Of a stretch of 64,000 nt of DNA, positions 44,950-55,593 are shown in pieces. The notes beneath the pieces were generated by a model. That model was not told the DNA's origin. It did no database searches and worked only from the letters and a program-made list of their open reading frames with translations. The position numbers and the translations under genes are program-made. This stretch comes from Pachysolen tannophilus NRRL Y-2460 (Eukaryota), in NCBI GenBank assembly GCA_001661245.1, contig KV454011.1:1776041-1840040 (forward strand), in the 5' to 3' direction. The stretch's first letter is position 1, and each line of letters opens with the position of its first letter.

Positions 44950-45435
44950 ATGAAGGTGGTGATCCAAAAAGTTAAAAGAGCATCTGTGACAGTTGATAAA
45001 CAGATTATATCTTCAATTCAAAAAGGGCTTATGCTTTTGGTTGGTATTTCCACTGAAGACACTGCAGAAGATGTTGATAAATTATCATCCAAGATTTTGA
45101 AATTAAAATTATTTGAAGAACAAGTAGCTGGATCTGATGACGTTCCTGCTTCATTTAAGGCTTGGTCTAAATCTGTGGTAGAAACTAAAGGTGAAATACT
45201 TTCTGTATCTCAATTCACTTTATATGCAAACATTAAAAAAGGTTCTAAACCAGATTTTCATAAAGCTCAAAAGGGACATGTTGCAGTAGAATTGTATAAT
45301 TTATTCTTACAAAGATTAAGAGAAGGCATGCAAGATGAATCCTCAGTTAAAGATGGGAAATTCGGTGCTATGATGGACGTTGAATTGGTTAATGATGGTC
45401 CAGTTACAATTGTCTGGGATACCAGAGAAAAATAA
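44950..45435 (+). CDS. DTD1: D-aminoacyl-tRNA deacylase
   Basis: MKVVIQKVKRASVTV, SQFTL, KGSKPDFH, FGAMMDVELVNDGPVT. Confidence 0.97.
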   Translation: MKVVIQKVKRASVTVDKQIISSIQKGLMLLVGISTEDTAEDVDKLSSKILKLKLFEEQVAGSDDVPASFKAWSKSVVETKGEILSVSQFTLYANIKKGSKPDFHKAQKGHVAVELYNLFLQRLREGMQDESSVKDGKFGAMMDVELVNDGPVTIVWDTREK

Positions 45436-45535
45436 ATTATCTTTGTACATTTGTGTTAATATAAATATAGAAATAAATTAGAAAAAAACTAAAAACAAAA
45501 AACAAAAAACCAGTATCTTACACCAGGCCCAAGGG

Positions 45536-47278
45536 CTAGGCCTTATCCTTTCTCCATCTTCCAAAGGGAGATAATGATCTAACTGGAGAAAATCCACCGC
45601 TAGTAACACTTTTCAAAGGATTATTGCTAATTACTGGACTTATTGTACCACTAGTATTCTCTGTTCGTCCACTAGGAGAAATTGTTGATTTAAAAGACAG
45701 CTTATGATGTTTATTGTTATTTTCAGGTATACCTGAGTTAAAGTCTGCCAATAATTTGAAAAAATATTTTTCATCTATAATGACTTCTTCTACTTCTTTG
45801 TCATTATCTTGATCGTCATTTTTATTTTTGTCATTGTTTGTATCTTTATCTGGAGAAATAACACTGTCTATACTTTCTTCATGTGATATTCTTCGTCCTA
45901 TTCTCTTTTGAACAGATATTATATAATCTTTAGTTTCTTTATGTGTTGGTATATAATTAGGTTTTACCACAACTACTGGAACTTCACTGTATTGTAAACA
46001 ATATTTGGACATTGACTTTGGAGGTATAATAAGATTTTTAAATGATTTTTCACTAGAATGCTCAGCACCAACAACAAGCAACGATGGATCATAATCATTG
46101 ACTGATTTTAAAATTTGTTCAGATACTTTTGAAGATATCACCAATTCAAAAACTACAGCAATTTTTTTATTATTATTGTTTAATTTCATCATATTTTCAA
46201 GAATCTTATAACACTCTTTTTTAATATCATCATTTATTGTTAACGTAGTTGAATTTTTTTTAGAATTTTTCTTATCCTTTAAATTTAGTACTTTTAAACA
46301 AACAACTGTATCTCCATCATCCATTAGTTCATCAATACACCATTTTAACGCTATTAATGAACATTCATACTCTCCATATCCGCATAAAAAGGTTCTTGAT
46401 ATTCTTGAAAATTTATAACCTTTATGCCTTGTTTTTAATATTAATGATGATTTAGAAGCTTGATCATTTGACAAAGTATCAAAAGCTACACTTTTTTCAT
46501 AATTAGAACTGGTATCGGAATTTTTTGAACCAGGGACTGTAATTTTTAAAGCTGAATTTTTTAATAATGAAGAAACTTCTGACGACTGTGATCGTGATGG
46601 AGATGATGGAGATGGGCTCTTTAATGGAGGCACTGCTTGTACCAGTGGCATCAGTGGTACCGCTGTTGTTGCCGTTGTTGCCGTTGTTGATGATGATGAT
46701 AATACCGGAGAGGGGAATCTTAAAGCGGGGAAATTTTTGGAAAAAGTTGGTGATACTGGTGAAAGTGAACAAGATGGTGAAATTGGTATTGCTGACATTG
46801 ACAGGTCATTAACAACTTCATCAAGACTTAAAGAAGATGTAGAAAGCATCAACCTATAATTCTCCTTCAACTGTTCTTCTTTTTTCAAATCTTCTTCGGA
46901 CATAACAGTGATATTTGAATTATTTAAAATTGATTCACCTTCTTTATCATATAAAGTTGCATTAAATCTAGTATTTCTTGTTGTCTCGTCTTCTAATATA
47001 AATTCTGGATCTATAAATTCTTTTATAAAACTTTTTGAATTTTTATTAAGATCAATTAATTTTTCTTCTTTATTAGAAATTAACCCTAATAAAATTTGAT
47101 TATCCGAATAATGATGCACCTCGTAACCATCTTCTACTTGGTCCTCCTCATCGAGTTCATTTTCGTCGGATGATGACACAATAACGGATACGGGATCTTC
47201 AAGTTTCGAATCTCCAATATCCCGATTTTCAGTCACTATTTTTCCTTCTCCTAAACCCGACCCAACTATAGATTCCAT
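45536..47278 (-). CDS. Universal stress protein (Usp) domain protein
   Basis: KSVAFDT..HKGYKFSRISRTFLCG..SLIALKWCIDELMDDGDTVVCLKV, YDPSLLVVG, SMSKYCLQYSEVPVVVVKP. Confidence 0.85.
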   Translation of the reverse strand: MESIVGSGLGEGKIVTENRDIGDSKLEDPVSVIVSSSDENELDEEDQVEDGYEVHHYSDNQILLGLISNKEEKLIDLNKNSKSFIKEFIDPEFILEDETTRNTRFNATLYDKEGESILNNSNITVMSEEDLKKEEQLKENYRLMLSTSSLSLDEVVNDLSMSAIPISPSCSLSPVSPTFSKNFPALRFPSPVLSSSSTTATTATTAVPLMPLVQAVPPLKSPSPSSPSRSQSSEVSSLLKNSALKITVPGSKNSDTSSNYEKSVAFDTLSNDQASKSSLILKTRHKGYKFSRISRTFLCGYGEYECSLIALKWCIDELMDDGDTVVCLKVLNLKDKKNSKKNSTTLTINDDIKKECYKILENMMKLNNNNKKIAVVFELVISSKVSEQILKSVNDYDPSLLVVGAEHSSEKSFKNLIIPPKSMSKYCLQYSEVPVVVVKPNYIPTHKETKDYIISVQKRIGRRISHEESIDSVISPDKDTNNDKNKNDDQDNDKEVEEVIIDEKYFFKLLADFNSGIPENNNKHHKLSFKSTISPSGRTENTSGTISPVISNNPLKSVTSGGFSPVRSLSPFGRWRKDKA

Positions 47279-47919
47279 TTAATGACTGAAAAAATTTACT
47301 TATACAGTATTATTATTCCACTTATTAATTATTAATTCCGAACTACTATTAAATATTCATCTACTTAACTACTATTCATTCAACTATTACAAAATAACTT
47401 TTAACTAGTTTTGCTTAGCTCAGCTTAGCTTACTTTAGCTTAACTTCTTTCTATGGCGGGCTTTGTCCGAATAAAGAAAAACGTTTTCTTATCGGCGAAA
47501 TTGGAAAATCACTTGAAGAAGCCGTGCTTTTCAAAGGGTAAAAAAAAGAAGAAAAAAAAGAAGAAAAAGAAGATTCAAAGATCTAAATCTGACATTAGCG
47601 CAACATTACGGCAGGTGAACTCAAAACTACTATAATGGATAATGTAATATAATATGATATAAGAAAATAATATTAAAAGATAAATTAAATCAACCTTATA
47701 AGAACCCAACAATCGTTAAAAGAAAGAGAACAAGAAAAAAAAAAAATTACCTTATTAAATAAAATACAAAAGTTGTCAATATGTTATTATTATATATATA
47801 GTCAAAAGACAAAACGTAAACGCGGTTACGATTATCCAGTAATCCACCTCACCTATCAGTCATTGAATAAACCTTATTCATTATCAAAAACACCTTCTTC
47901 ACTTCTTGATTTTATCTAG

Positions 47920-48258
47920 CTAGCTATTTGCCTTGACTTGACTATCTTTTTCAACGAAAAATGGCCATTTCAGATTATTCATTGTTGTAAGTAAAGATAC
48001 TGAATCTTCTGGTAAACTGAATGAAAATCCAGTTATAGTTAAAGAATAATCATATGTGATCTTACCGCCCATATCGATGATCTTACTTCTAACTTGTTCG
48101 ATTCTATCCTTTGGAGTTAAACTACCAGATTCAAATACTAAAATATAATCAGAAGCTCTATTATATAATGACCCAAATAATGGAATTGCAAGAGCGTCTG
48201 TTATAAACAAAGATAAAAATAACAATACAAATAAATTTAAAAACTTGAGTACCTTCAT
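47920..48258 (-). CDS. Peptidase inhibitor I9 (Pbi2-like) with a signal peptide
   Basis: YILVF..IIDMGGKITYDYSLTITGFSFSLP..VEKDSQVKA with a hydrophobic ~24-aa leader. Confidence 0.8.
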   Translation of the reverse strand: MKVLKFLNLFVLLFLSLFITDALAIPLFGSLYNRASDYILVFESGSLTPKDRIEQVRSKIIDMGGKITYDYSLTITGFSFSLPEDSVSLLTTMNNLKWPFFVEKDSQVKANS

Positions 48259-48770
48259 CTTAAAATTATTGCTTATTACTTGATCTATTAAAAAAACAAA
48301 ATAAAATTCTTTATAATGGATTGTTTTTAATATATATATATATATATTAAATATTAATAAAAAGTCTAAGCTAATTTAATTCAATAGTTTACGTTACCTT
48401 TGAAATCGGATGCCTATATTATTAATAATATGTATTTATGTATTATGTTAGAAGATGACAAGCATTTTAATATTCGGATCCAACTTTTTTTTTTTTTTTT
48501 TTTGTTTTTTTGTTTTTTACAAGGTTTTCTACGTAAAGTGGCGGGTAGCTGCCACTGATTACAACGTGATGCTTAGCTTTAAAAAAAAAAGATCAAACAA
48601 AAAAGGTACTAAAAAAATTTAAAAAAGATAAAAAAATAAAAAAATAAAAAAATTTTATTTTTTTTGTGTGTTGTGCACACGCACTTTCTGCAAACGCATG
48701 ATATTATGATATCATAAGGGGAAAAAAAAAAGGGAAAAAAAAATGTTTTTTCTTTTTTAAATTCTTATCA

Positions 48771-50645
48771 TCATCTCCTTAAGGTTTCCTCGATTTTACT
48801 CAAGATACCAACACCATCAACATATTCTTCCCATTCATCTTGAGTTTCCAATTTTTCAACTTCTTCTTCCCAGTTAAGCCTATTATTCAACCAAACATGG
48901 TAGTTTCCTGTTTTTTCTGGGTCTTGTTGATATTCATAACTCCATATGGATCTATAACAACCACCTAAAGCACAAGCATCTGTAAGATCAATTCTGTAAT
49001 TTCCGTGTAAGGCACCCAATATTGAAGAAAATTTACGAACAATTGCAATATTTTTAGAAGCACCACCAACATAGAAAACTTTTGAAGGATGTGAAAGTAA
49101 TGAATGCATTGATTGTTCAATACCATCGGAAGAAATTTTACCAAATTTACCAAATTTGTCCACGGTTTTCTTCTCCGTCTTGGAGAAGTTTCCCAGATCC
49201 TGTTCTTGTTTGCTACTACCTGTTGTAGAAGCTAACATTGGACCTGCTCTTAATCTACAACTTAATGCCTGACTTTCAACTATTGCACTAACATCTTTTT
49301 CAATATTCCATGAATCTAATTCAACAAGTTTATTTTTTTCAGAATCAAATTCATATCTTCTAGTTTGAGGTAAACAATTTGGAACAATTTCTCCTTTTGT
49401 AAAATAAACTCCTAATTTCATTTCTCCTTGTAATGGATCGGATTTTTCCAATATTTCATTAAATTTAGACCAATCATGTGAATCTTTTATATTATATTTC
49501 TTATTAATCTCATCTTTAATAGTTCCTCTTGGTAATGCACCATTACAATAACAAATCATACCCATATAAGAACCTGAAACTGTTGGATGCTTAAAAATAT
49601 GATAACTTGGTGAAGGAACATATTGATCTGTAACTAATAATACCGTAGTTGAAGTACCAAGGGAAACTAAAATATCACTAACCAGTAATGGTAAAGATAA
49701 GATGGTAGCCAAATTATCACCGGTAAATGGATATATTTTACAATTCTTATTGAATCCAAATTTGGAAACATAATAATTGGAAATACAACCAATATCAGAA
49801 GCTCCAATAGGGGTTGGTGTTCCTAATTTGGATTTCAACTCTTCAATACCTTCTTCATATTGAGTCTTTGAATCAACTTTATCAACTTTTGGGTGAACCC
49901 CAGCAGCTACAGCCAATAATTCATCACTCCATTCTCTTTTTTCAATATCATATAAATTCATTCCACAACCATCAGCTTCATCAATTTCACATAATTTACC
50001 ACACAAGACACTTGCTAAAAAACTTGAAACTAATGAAATCTTAAAAGTCTTGTGATAAAGTTCACGGTTTATTCTAGTAGATAATTTCCTAATTTGAGTA
50101 CCAGTAAATCTATAGTGAGCTCTTGATCCAGTAATTTTACTTAAATTTTCAGCACCACCAACAGCTTTTTCAAAAATTTCTAATTCAGGTCCAGTAGAAT
50201 GATCTTGCCAATTTGGAGAATTTGGGAAAGTTAAAGCTTCGGGACATAATTGTTCTTTCAATGTCTTTGAAGACGATAACCCACCTAATAAACTCTCTGC
50301 TTTAGAAGACCAATAAACCGATCCATGTTGTTGACAAGATCCAGAAATCCCTTTAACTCTATTAAAGGGAAATTCATCCTTTAACATCTTATCAAAAATT
50401 AAATCCAATGCCTCAATCCACATCTCAACTGGAGCAAAAATTTCACCCTTTTCTTCAACAGTCAAGACACCATCTTTAATACCATAATGACCCAACTCTT
50501 TATCAAACTCAACTCTGTAAAGTTTGAAATGTTTTAAATTAGCATGGGTTGCAACTATTTTCAAAGTTTGTGTTGATAAATCAAATCCAAGAAATAAATC
50601 ATCATTCTCGTTATCAATAGTATTATTGTTATTATTTGCTGTCAT
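48771..50645 (-). CDS. XKS1: Xylulokinase (FGGY family; XYL3)
   Basis: LFLGFDLSTQTLK, ISGSCQQHGSVYW, PNWQDHST, TGSRAHYRFTGTQIRK, FTGDNLATI, SLGTSTT, YVGGASKN. Confidence 0.96.
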   Translation of the reverse strand: MTANNNNNTIDNENDDLFLGFDLSTQTLKIVATHANLKHFKLYRVEFDKELGHYGIKDGVLTVEEKGEIFAPVEMWIEALDLIFDKMLKDEFPFNRVKGISGSCQQHGSVYWSSKAESLLGGLSSSKTLKEQLCPEALTFPNSPNWQDHSTGPELEIFEKAVGGAENLSKITGSRAHYRFTGTQIRKLSTRINRELYHKTFKISLVSSFLASVLCGKLCEIDEADGCGMNLYDIEKREWSDELLAVAAGVHPKVDKVDSKTQYEEGIEELKSKLGTPTPIGASDIGCISNYYVSKFGFNKNCKIYPFTGDNLATILSLPLLVSDILVSLGTSTTVLLVTDQYVPSPSYHIFKHPTVSGSYMGMICYCNGALPRGTIKDEINKKYNIKDSHDWSKFNEILEKSDPLQGEMKLGVYFTKGEIVPNCLPQTRRYEFDSEKNKLVELDSWNIEKDVSAIVESQALSCRLRAGPMLASTTGSSKQEQDLGNFSKTEKKTVDKFGKFGKISSDGIEQSMHSLLSHPSKVFYVGGASKNIAIVRKFSSILGALHGNYRIDLTDACALGGCYRSIWSYEYQQDPEKTGNYHVWLNNRLNWEEEVEKLETQDEWEEYVDGVGILSKIEETLRR

Positions 50646-50647
50646 TT

Positions 50648-50899
50648 TCAAACTTTTTTAGTATTCAACCAAGTAACTTTATCCTTGTTATAAATACTCC
50701 ACGGAGGTAATGTTACTATCGCAAGCACTATAATTGTACTAAAGAAAGAAATAAATGTAAATGATATATCTTGAAATAAAAACCCAATTATAAAGGAAAT
50801 TATACCTCCTATAGTTAAAACTTTTTGAATAAGGCTTTCAACTTTTAGCTGACCTACGAAATCAATTGGGCCCTCCAACTTCAGTAAAAAAGAATCCAT
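50648..50899 (-). CDS. SPC1: Signal peptidase complex subunit 1 (SPC12)
   Basis: PIDFVGQ, two TM helices, LPPWSIYNKDKVTWL. Confidence 0.9.
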   Translation of the reverse strand: MDSFLLKLEGPIDFVGQLKVESLIQKVLTIGGIISFIIGFLFQDISFTFISFFSTIIVLAIVTLPPWSIYNKDKVTWLNTKKV

Positions 50900-51478
50900 G
50901 GAATAACTTTAAAAAAAAATTTTTAATTTAAAAAATAAATCTTCTGATTTATATAACAAAGAAAAAAAAAAATTAAAATAAAAAAAAATAATGTGTTTAA
51001 AACGAATAATAACTTTTTTGTCAATCAGTTATTCGGAACGCTCTCAAACAATTATTAATATTTAAAAGTCTTTGGGTTATTTTTTATACCGATGTGTTAT
51101 TTCTTTTTCTTTCTTTTTCTCTTAATTTGGTCGTTAAAAATATTTATTTTTCCGTGCTAAAGATATGGATTTTATTTGGAGGGATCCATTCCGAAAATGG
51201 GACTTGAAACTTACCCCACAGTCCGATCAATTTTTCATAAATTTTCAGGATCTACCTTACTTTGGACATATACATTCTTTTTTTCTACTACTACTCCTTC
51301 TTAAGCTTTTTAAATAATCTGGAAGGTCAGTCAAATTAAAAAATAAAAATTGGTAAGCATATTCTCATTCATTAAGATAATACCCGCGGGTTCTGTATAT
51401 AATAATAATAATAATATGAAATAAAAAGTTAAAAGGGAGAAGGAAATATAATAAAACTAAATAGTTAGATAAAATTTA

Positions 51479-52582
51479 TTAATTATCATCTGGGCCTTCA
51501 GGACCATCTACCATGACTTTGATGGCTTCACCACTTTCAAGAGCCTCGTAAGCTTTAACCACGTCTTCGAATTTATATCTGTGGGTGATTAAAGGTTTAA
51601 CATCGACTTTACCTTCTGCAATCAACAACAGAGAAGTTGCGTAATCATCTGGACCATATCTGAAACTACCTCTTATCATCAATTCTTTTTCATTGACTGC
51701 ACCTATTGGGAAATTGTTGATATGACTTGGTCCCATACCTACTTGGATATATCTTCCTCTACCTTCTAATAATTGAATGGCAGCTGAAATACATGGTGGG
51801 ATACCAGTACAATCTAAGGCAACAGTGGCACGTTTATTATCAAACGCTTTTAATTGCAGTTCTAAAATTTCTTCAGGTTTTAAATTTCTATCATTTTTAG
51901 AATTATAAGTATGAGTAACAACTTTTAAAGTTTCTTTTGCAAATTTCAATTTTTGATCAATAATATCAATAATTAAAATTTCAGTTGCACCAAACAGCTT
52001 AGCAACCATTGCAACCAATAAACCAATGGTACCAGCACCCATAACAACAACTCTATCACCAAATTTGATATCAGCCAATTTACAAGAGTGAACTGCAACA
52101 GAAAGTGGTTCAAAGACAGCACCTTCTTCTAATGAAACATTATCTGCTAATTTAACACAGAAATCTTCAGGTAAACAGTAATAACGACATAAAGTACCAT
52201 CAATTGGTGGGGTGGCTGCAAAAATCATTTCAGGGCAAAGATTATAAATACCTCTCTTGTATTCTTGAGAATATCTTGATGGAACACCTGGTTCACAAGC
52301 AACACGATCACCAACTTTTAAATTTTTAACTGCATCACCAACTTCAACAACAATACCACTACTTTCATGACCTAAAACCATTGGTTTTTTAACAACAAAT
52401 GAACCACATTGGAATTGTTCAAAATACAAAACATCAGAATGACAACATCCAGTTTTCTTAACGGCAATCTTGACAAAATGTGGATCTGGAATGCTTGGAA
52501 CAGGTCTATCTTCAATCTTGACTTGTCTAATACCAGTTAAAACAACCGATGGATTGATCATATCTCTTGTTTGAATGGTCAT
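51479..52582 (-). CDS. Xylitol/sorbitol dehydrogenase (MDR family, XYL2-like)
   Basis: NPSVVL, KPMVLGHESSG, GDRVACEPGVPSRYS, FAATPP, EPLSVAVH, GAGTIG, GSFRYG, LITHRYKF. Confidence 0.9.
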   Translation of the reverse strand: MTIQTRDMINPSVVLTGIRQVKIEDRPVPSIPDPHFVKIAVKKTGCCHSDVLYFEQFQCGSFVVKKPMVLGHESSGIVVEVGDAVKNLKVGDRVACEPGVPSRYSQEYKRGIYNLCPEMIFAATPPIDGTLCRYYCLPEDFCVKLADNVSLEEGAVFEPLSVAVHSCKLADIKFGDRVVVMGAGTIGLLVAMVAKLFGATEILIIDIIDQKLKFAKETLKVVTHTYNSKNDRNLKPEEILELQLKAFDNKRATVALDCTGIPPCISAAIQLLEGRGRYIQVGMGPSHINNFPIGAVNEKELMIRGSFRYGPDDYATSLLLIAEGKVDVKPLITHRYKFEDVVKAYEALESGEAIKVMVDGPEGPDDN

Positions 52583-52813
52583 TTTCAAATTAAATATAAA
52601 CGCTATTTATGTAATTTATTTAAAAAAAAATAAAATAAAATAAAACTTTTTTTTTATTTTTGCTTTTCTTTTTTCTCTTATTTGATTTAAAGATATAAAT
52701 TAATTTTTATAAAAAAATGGGAAATTGAACAAGAATTTATACCTGGAATTTAAAAGTATTTGTCACTTAGTTGTAAGAACTATTTTAAAAACTTTACATT
52801 GACAATAACGAGA

Positions 52814-52825
52814 TAAAACCTGGGG
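52814..52825 (+). promoter_or_regulatory. Mig1/CreA-type glucose-repression site
   Basis: AT box plus SYGGGG (TAAAACCTGGGG) ~240 nt upstream of the dehydrogenase ATG. Confidence 0.5.
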
Positions 52826-53739
52826 TAAAACCTGAAAATTTCGGGTTTCAGTACATTCCTTCGAAAAATCTCATTACTACAAAATCAAAATACTAAAATA
52901 ATAATAGTAACACATGTAAGTTAAAATTCAAGGGAAAAAGTGGATAAAAATAAAGAAGGTAGAACCTTTTACACATATAAAATATATAAAATAGATGCAT
53001 GCAAGTTTTTCCATCTTGACAGAGAAAGCAGGTCGAAACTAAGAACCTAAGAACTTAGCTGAGTAAAATCTTCAGAACATGGATAAAATTTTCAGAATTC
53101 AGAACCGATATGTAAACTCAAAAATTTAAGGACTTATTGTTCGGTCGTGCATATTCCCCATTTTGTCCTAAAAACTTTTTTTTTCTTTTTTTTTTGATAC
53201 ATCAGTAACTACTGCCGGTATTAAACCGCGAGTAGCTAAATTTTCCGGTTTTCTGGATTTTCAGTTTTTTTTTTTAGTTTTTTGAGTTTTTTGGAATTGT
53301 GCAAAAACTCTTAAAATCGGGAAAAAACTCCGGCTTTAAAGCTCCGGAAATTTTACAAAAACAAGCCCTAAATATTTATTTTGAAGGCGGTAGCGGCAGC
53401 AGTATCAACAGAGGTCGAAAAGACAGACAAGGTCGACCAGGCGGACACGGCGGACACGGCGGATACCGCTGCCACACCACGCCCGGCAACCTTCAAATTC
53501 TGCCCGATACAGGTGGGTTATTTACCGCTCAAGATACCGCTTATTTTCTAAATTTTTATTTTTTTTATTTTTCTCTTTTCTTTTGACTCTTTCTTTCAAT
53601 TAGGTACGCCCAAAAAAGTACCTCTAAACTGAAAAATATTAGTACTGCTTTTTTTTTTACTATTTAGATAAGCTGATTTCTTATCTGTAATTGATTTCTA
53701 TTTAATTATTTATTTTTTGTTGTATTTATTTTCTGAAAG

Positions 53740-55593
53740 ATGAATCGTCCGTTGAATCTGAATGATTCGTCGGTACAAAACTCGAAGCATCAGTTCCATG
53801 TGACAAATTCGGAGAGAAGAGCTTCCGTGATCATCGGGTCTGCTGGCAGGGCCGGTTTATTTATACCATCCGAATTTATAGATAGAGGAAGCGCTTTGTT
53901 GGATGATGAATTAAGTAGCGACGAGGAACAGGAAAGTGATACTCAATCTCAATCTCAATCTCAAGAAGAAGAAGTGATTAGCTCTGGCGGTAATAATAGC
54001 GATACTTGGAGTGGTACTAGTATTAATCCAAGTATATTAAGAGAAGAACAACGATTATTAGATGAAAATAATATCCCAATAAAGAATAAAACTACTGATT
54101 CTTTACGTTATGGAAGTATAAATAGTGATTTAGATAATAGCATTGCAGTAGTGGAAACTTGGGAAGAAGCCGTGGAACTGGGTAAAGTTGTCAAAATTTC
54201 TAAAACTGCAGAAACAAAAGCTTTGACTTTATCGTCAATACCTTTAATGGTGACTTTTGTATTACAAAATTCACTTTCAGTGGCCTCAGTTTTTTCTGTG
54301 GGTCATTTAGGTTCAACAGAATTAGCTGCTGTTACAATAGGAGCAATGACTGCAAATATTTCTCTGTATTCATTAATTCAAGGTTTAGCAACTTGTTTAG
54401 ATACATTATGTTCTCAGGCTTATGGTGCCAAAAAATATCATTTAGTTGGAATGTATTTCCAAAAATGTACTGCTTTAATTTTCACAATTTTTTTACCAAT
54501 ATGGCTTTTCTATATTTTTTTTGGTGACTGGTTATTGGGTAAAATGATTCCTGATCCTTTAAGTGTTAAATTAGCTGCTAATTATTTACGTGTTATATCA
54601 TTAGGAATCCCAGGTTATATTTTATTTGAAACAGGGAAAAGATTTTTACAAAGTCAAGGGATTTTCCATGCTTCAACTTATGTTTTATGTATTTGTGCTC
54701 CTTTAAATGCTCTTATGAATTATTTGTTTGTTTGGAATAAACATATTGGTATCGGTTATATAGGAGCTCCATTAGCGGTGGCTATTAATTATTGGCTTAT
54801 GGCTATTTTACTTTTCTTATATACAATAACTACAAAATCAGTTAAAAATCCAAGGAAATGTTGGAAAGGTTTCCAATTTTATAAAAGTTTCCGTGGTTGG
54901 TCCAAGCTTTCAAAATTGGCATTACCAGGTGTTATAATGATTGAAGCAGAGTTTTTAGCTTTTGAATTGTTAACTTTATTTGCAAGCCATTTAGGAACAA
55001 ATACTTTAGCTGCTCAATCGGTTGTAACTACAATGGCATCATTAACCTATCAAGTTCCATTTGCCATCTCCATTGCTTCTGCAACAAGAATTGCAAATTT
55101 TCTTGGTGCATCATTACCTCTGTTAGCTGAAAATTGTGCTAAAGTTGGTTTAGTTTTCGGTTTACTGGTTTCTGTTTTAAATTTTTCATTTTTATTTTTT
55201 TTCCAAAAAAGTATTGCTCATGGTTTTACATCCGATGAAAACGTGGTTGTAATCGTGGCAAAGATCTTACCCTTGGTTGCATTCATCCAAATATTCGATG
55301 CATTAAATGCAGTTAGTGCTGGTTGTCTTAGAGGTCAAGGTTTACAAAAAATAGGTGGTACCGTTAATCTAATATCTTATTATATTATAGGATTACCTGT
55401 ATCATATATTTTAACCTTCCATTATGGTTTAGGACTATACGGATTATGGCTTGGTACTGGCTTAGCATTGTTTATAATAGGGGTCGTCCAATCTTTCTGC
55501 ATCTTGACTGCAGATTGGGATTTATTGGTAAGAGAAGCCCGTAGACGTAATTCAGAAAGTATTCCAAGTAATAGATCATCATCGGCTGTATAG
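53740..55593 (+). CDS. MATE efflux transporter (Erc1/ethionine-resistance-like)
   Basis: SVFSVGHLGSTELAAV, GLATCLDTLCSQAYGA, FETGKRFLQSQGIF, EFLAFELLT, GCLRGQGLQKIGG. Confidence 0.92.
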   Translation: MNRPLNLNDSSVQNSKHQFHVTNSERRASVIIGSAGRAGLFIPSEFIDRGSALLDDELSSDEEQESDTQSQSQSQEEEVISSGGNNSDTWSGTSINPSILREEQRLLDENNIPIKNKTTDSLRYGSINSDLDNSIAVVETWEEAVELGKVVKISKTAETKALTLSSIPLMVTFVLQNSLSVASVFSVGHLGSTELAAVTIGAMTANISLYSLIQGLATCLDTLCSQAYGAKKYHLVGMYFQKCTALIFTIFLPIWLFYIFFGDWLLGKMIPDPLSVKLAANYLRVISLGIPGYILFETGKRFLQSQGIFHASTYVLCICAPLNALMNYLFVWNKHIGIGYIGAPLAVAINYWLMAILLFLYTITTKSVKNPRKCWKGFQFYKSFRGWSKLSKLALPGVIMIEAEFLAFELLTLFASHLGTNTLAAQSVVTTMASLTYQVPFAISIASATRIANFLGASLPLLAENCAKVGLVFGLLVSVLNFSFLFFFQKSIAHGFTSDENVVVIVAKILPLVAFIQIFDALNAVSAGCLRGQGLQKIGGTVNLISYYIIGLPVSYILTFHYGLGLYGLWLGTGLALFIIGVVQSFCILTADWDLLVREARRRNSESIPSNRSSSAV

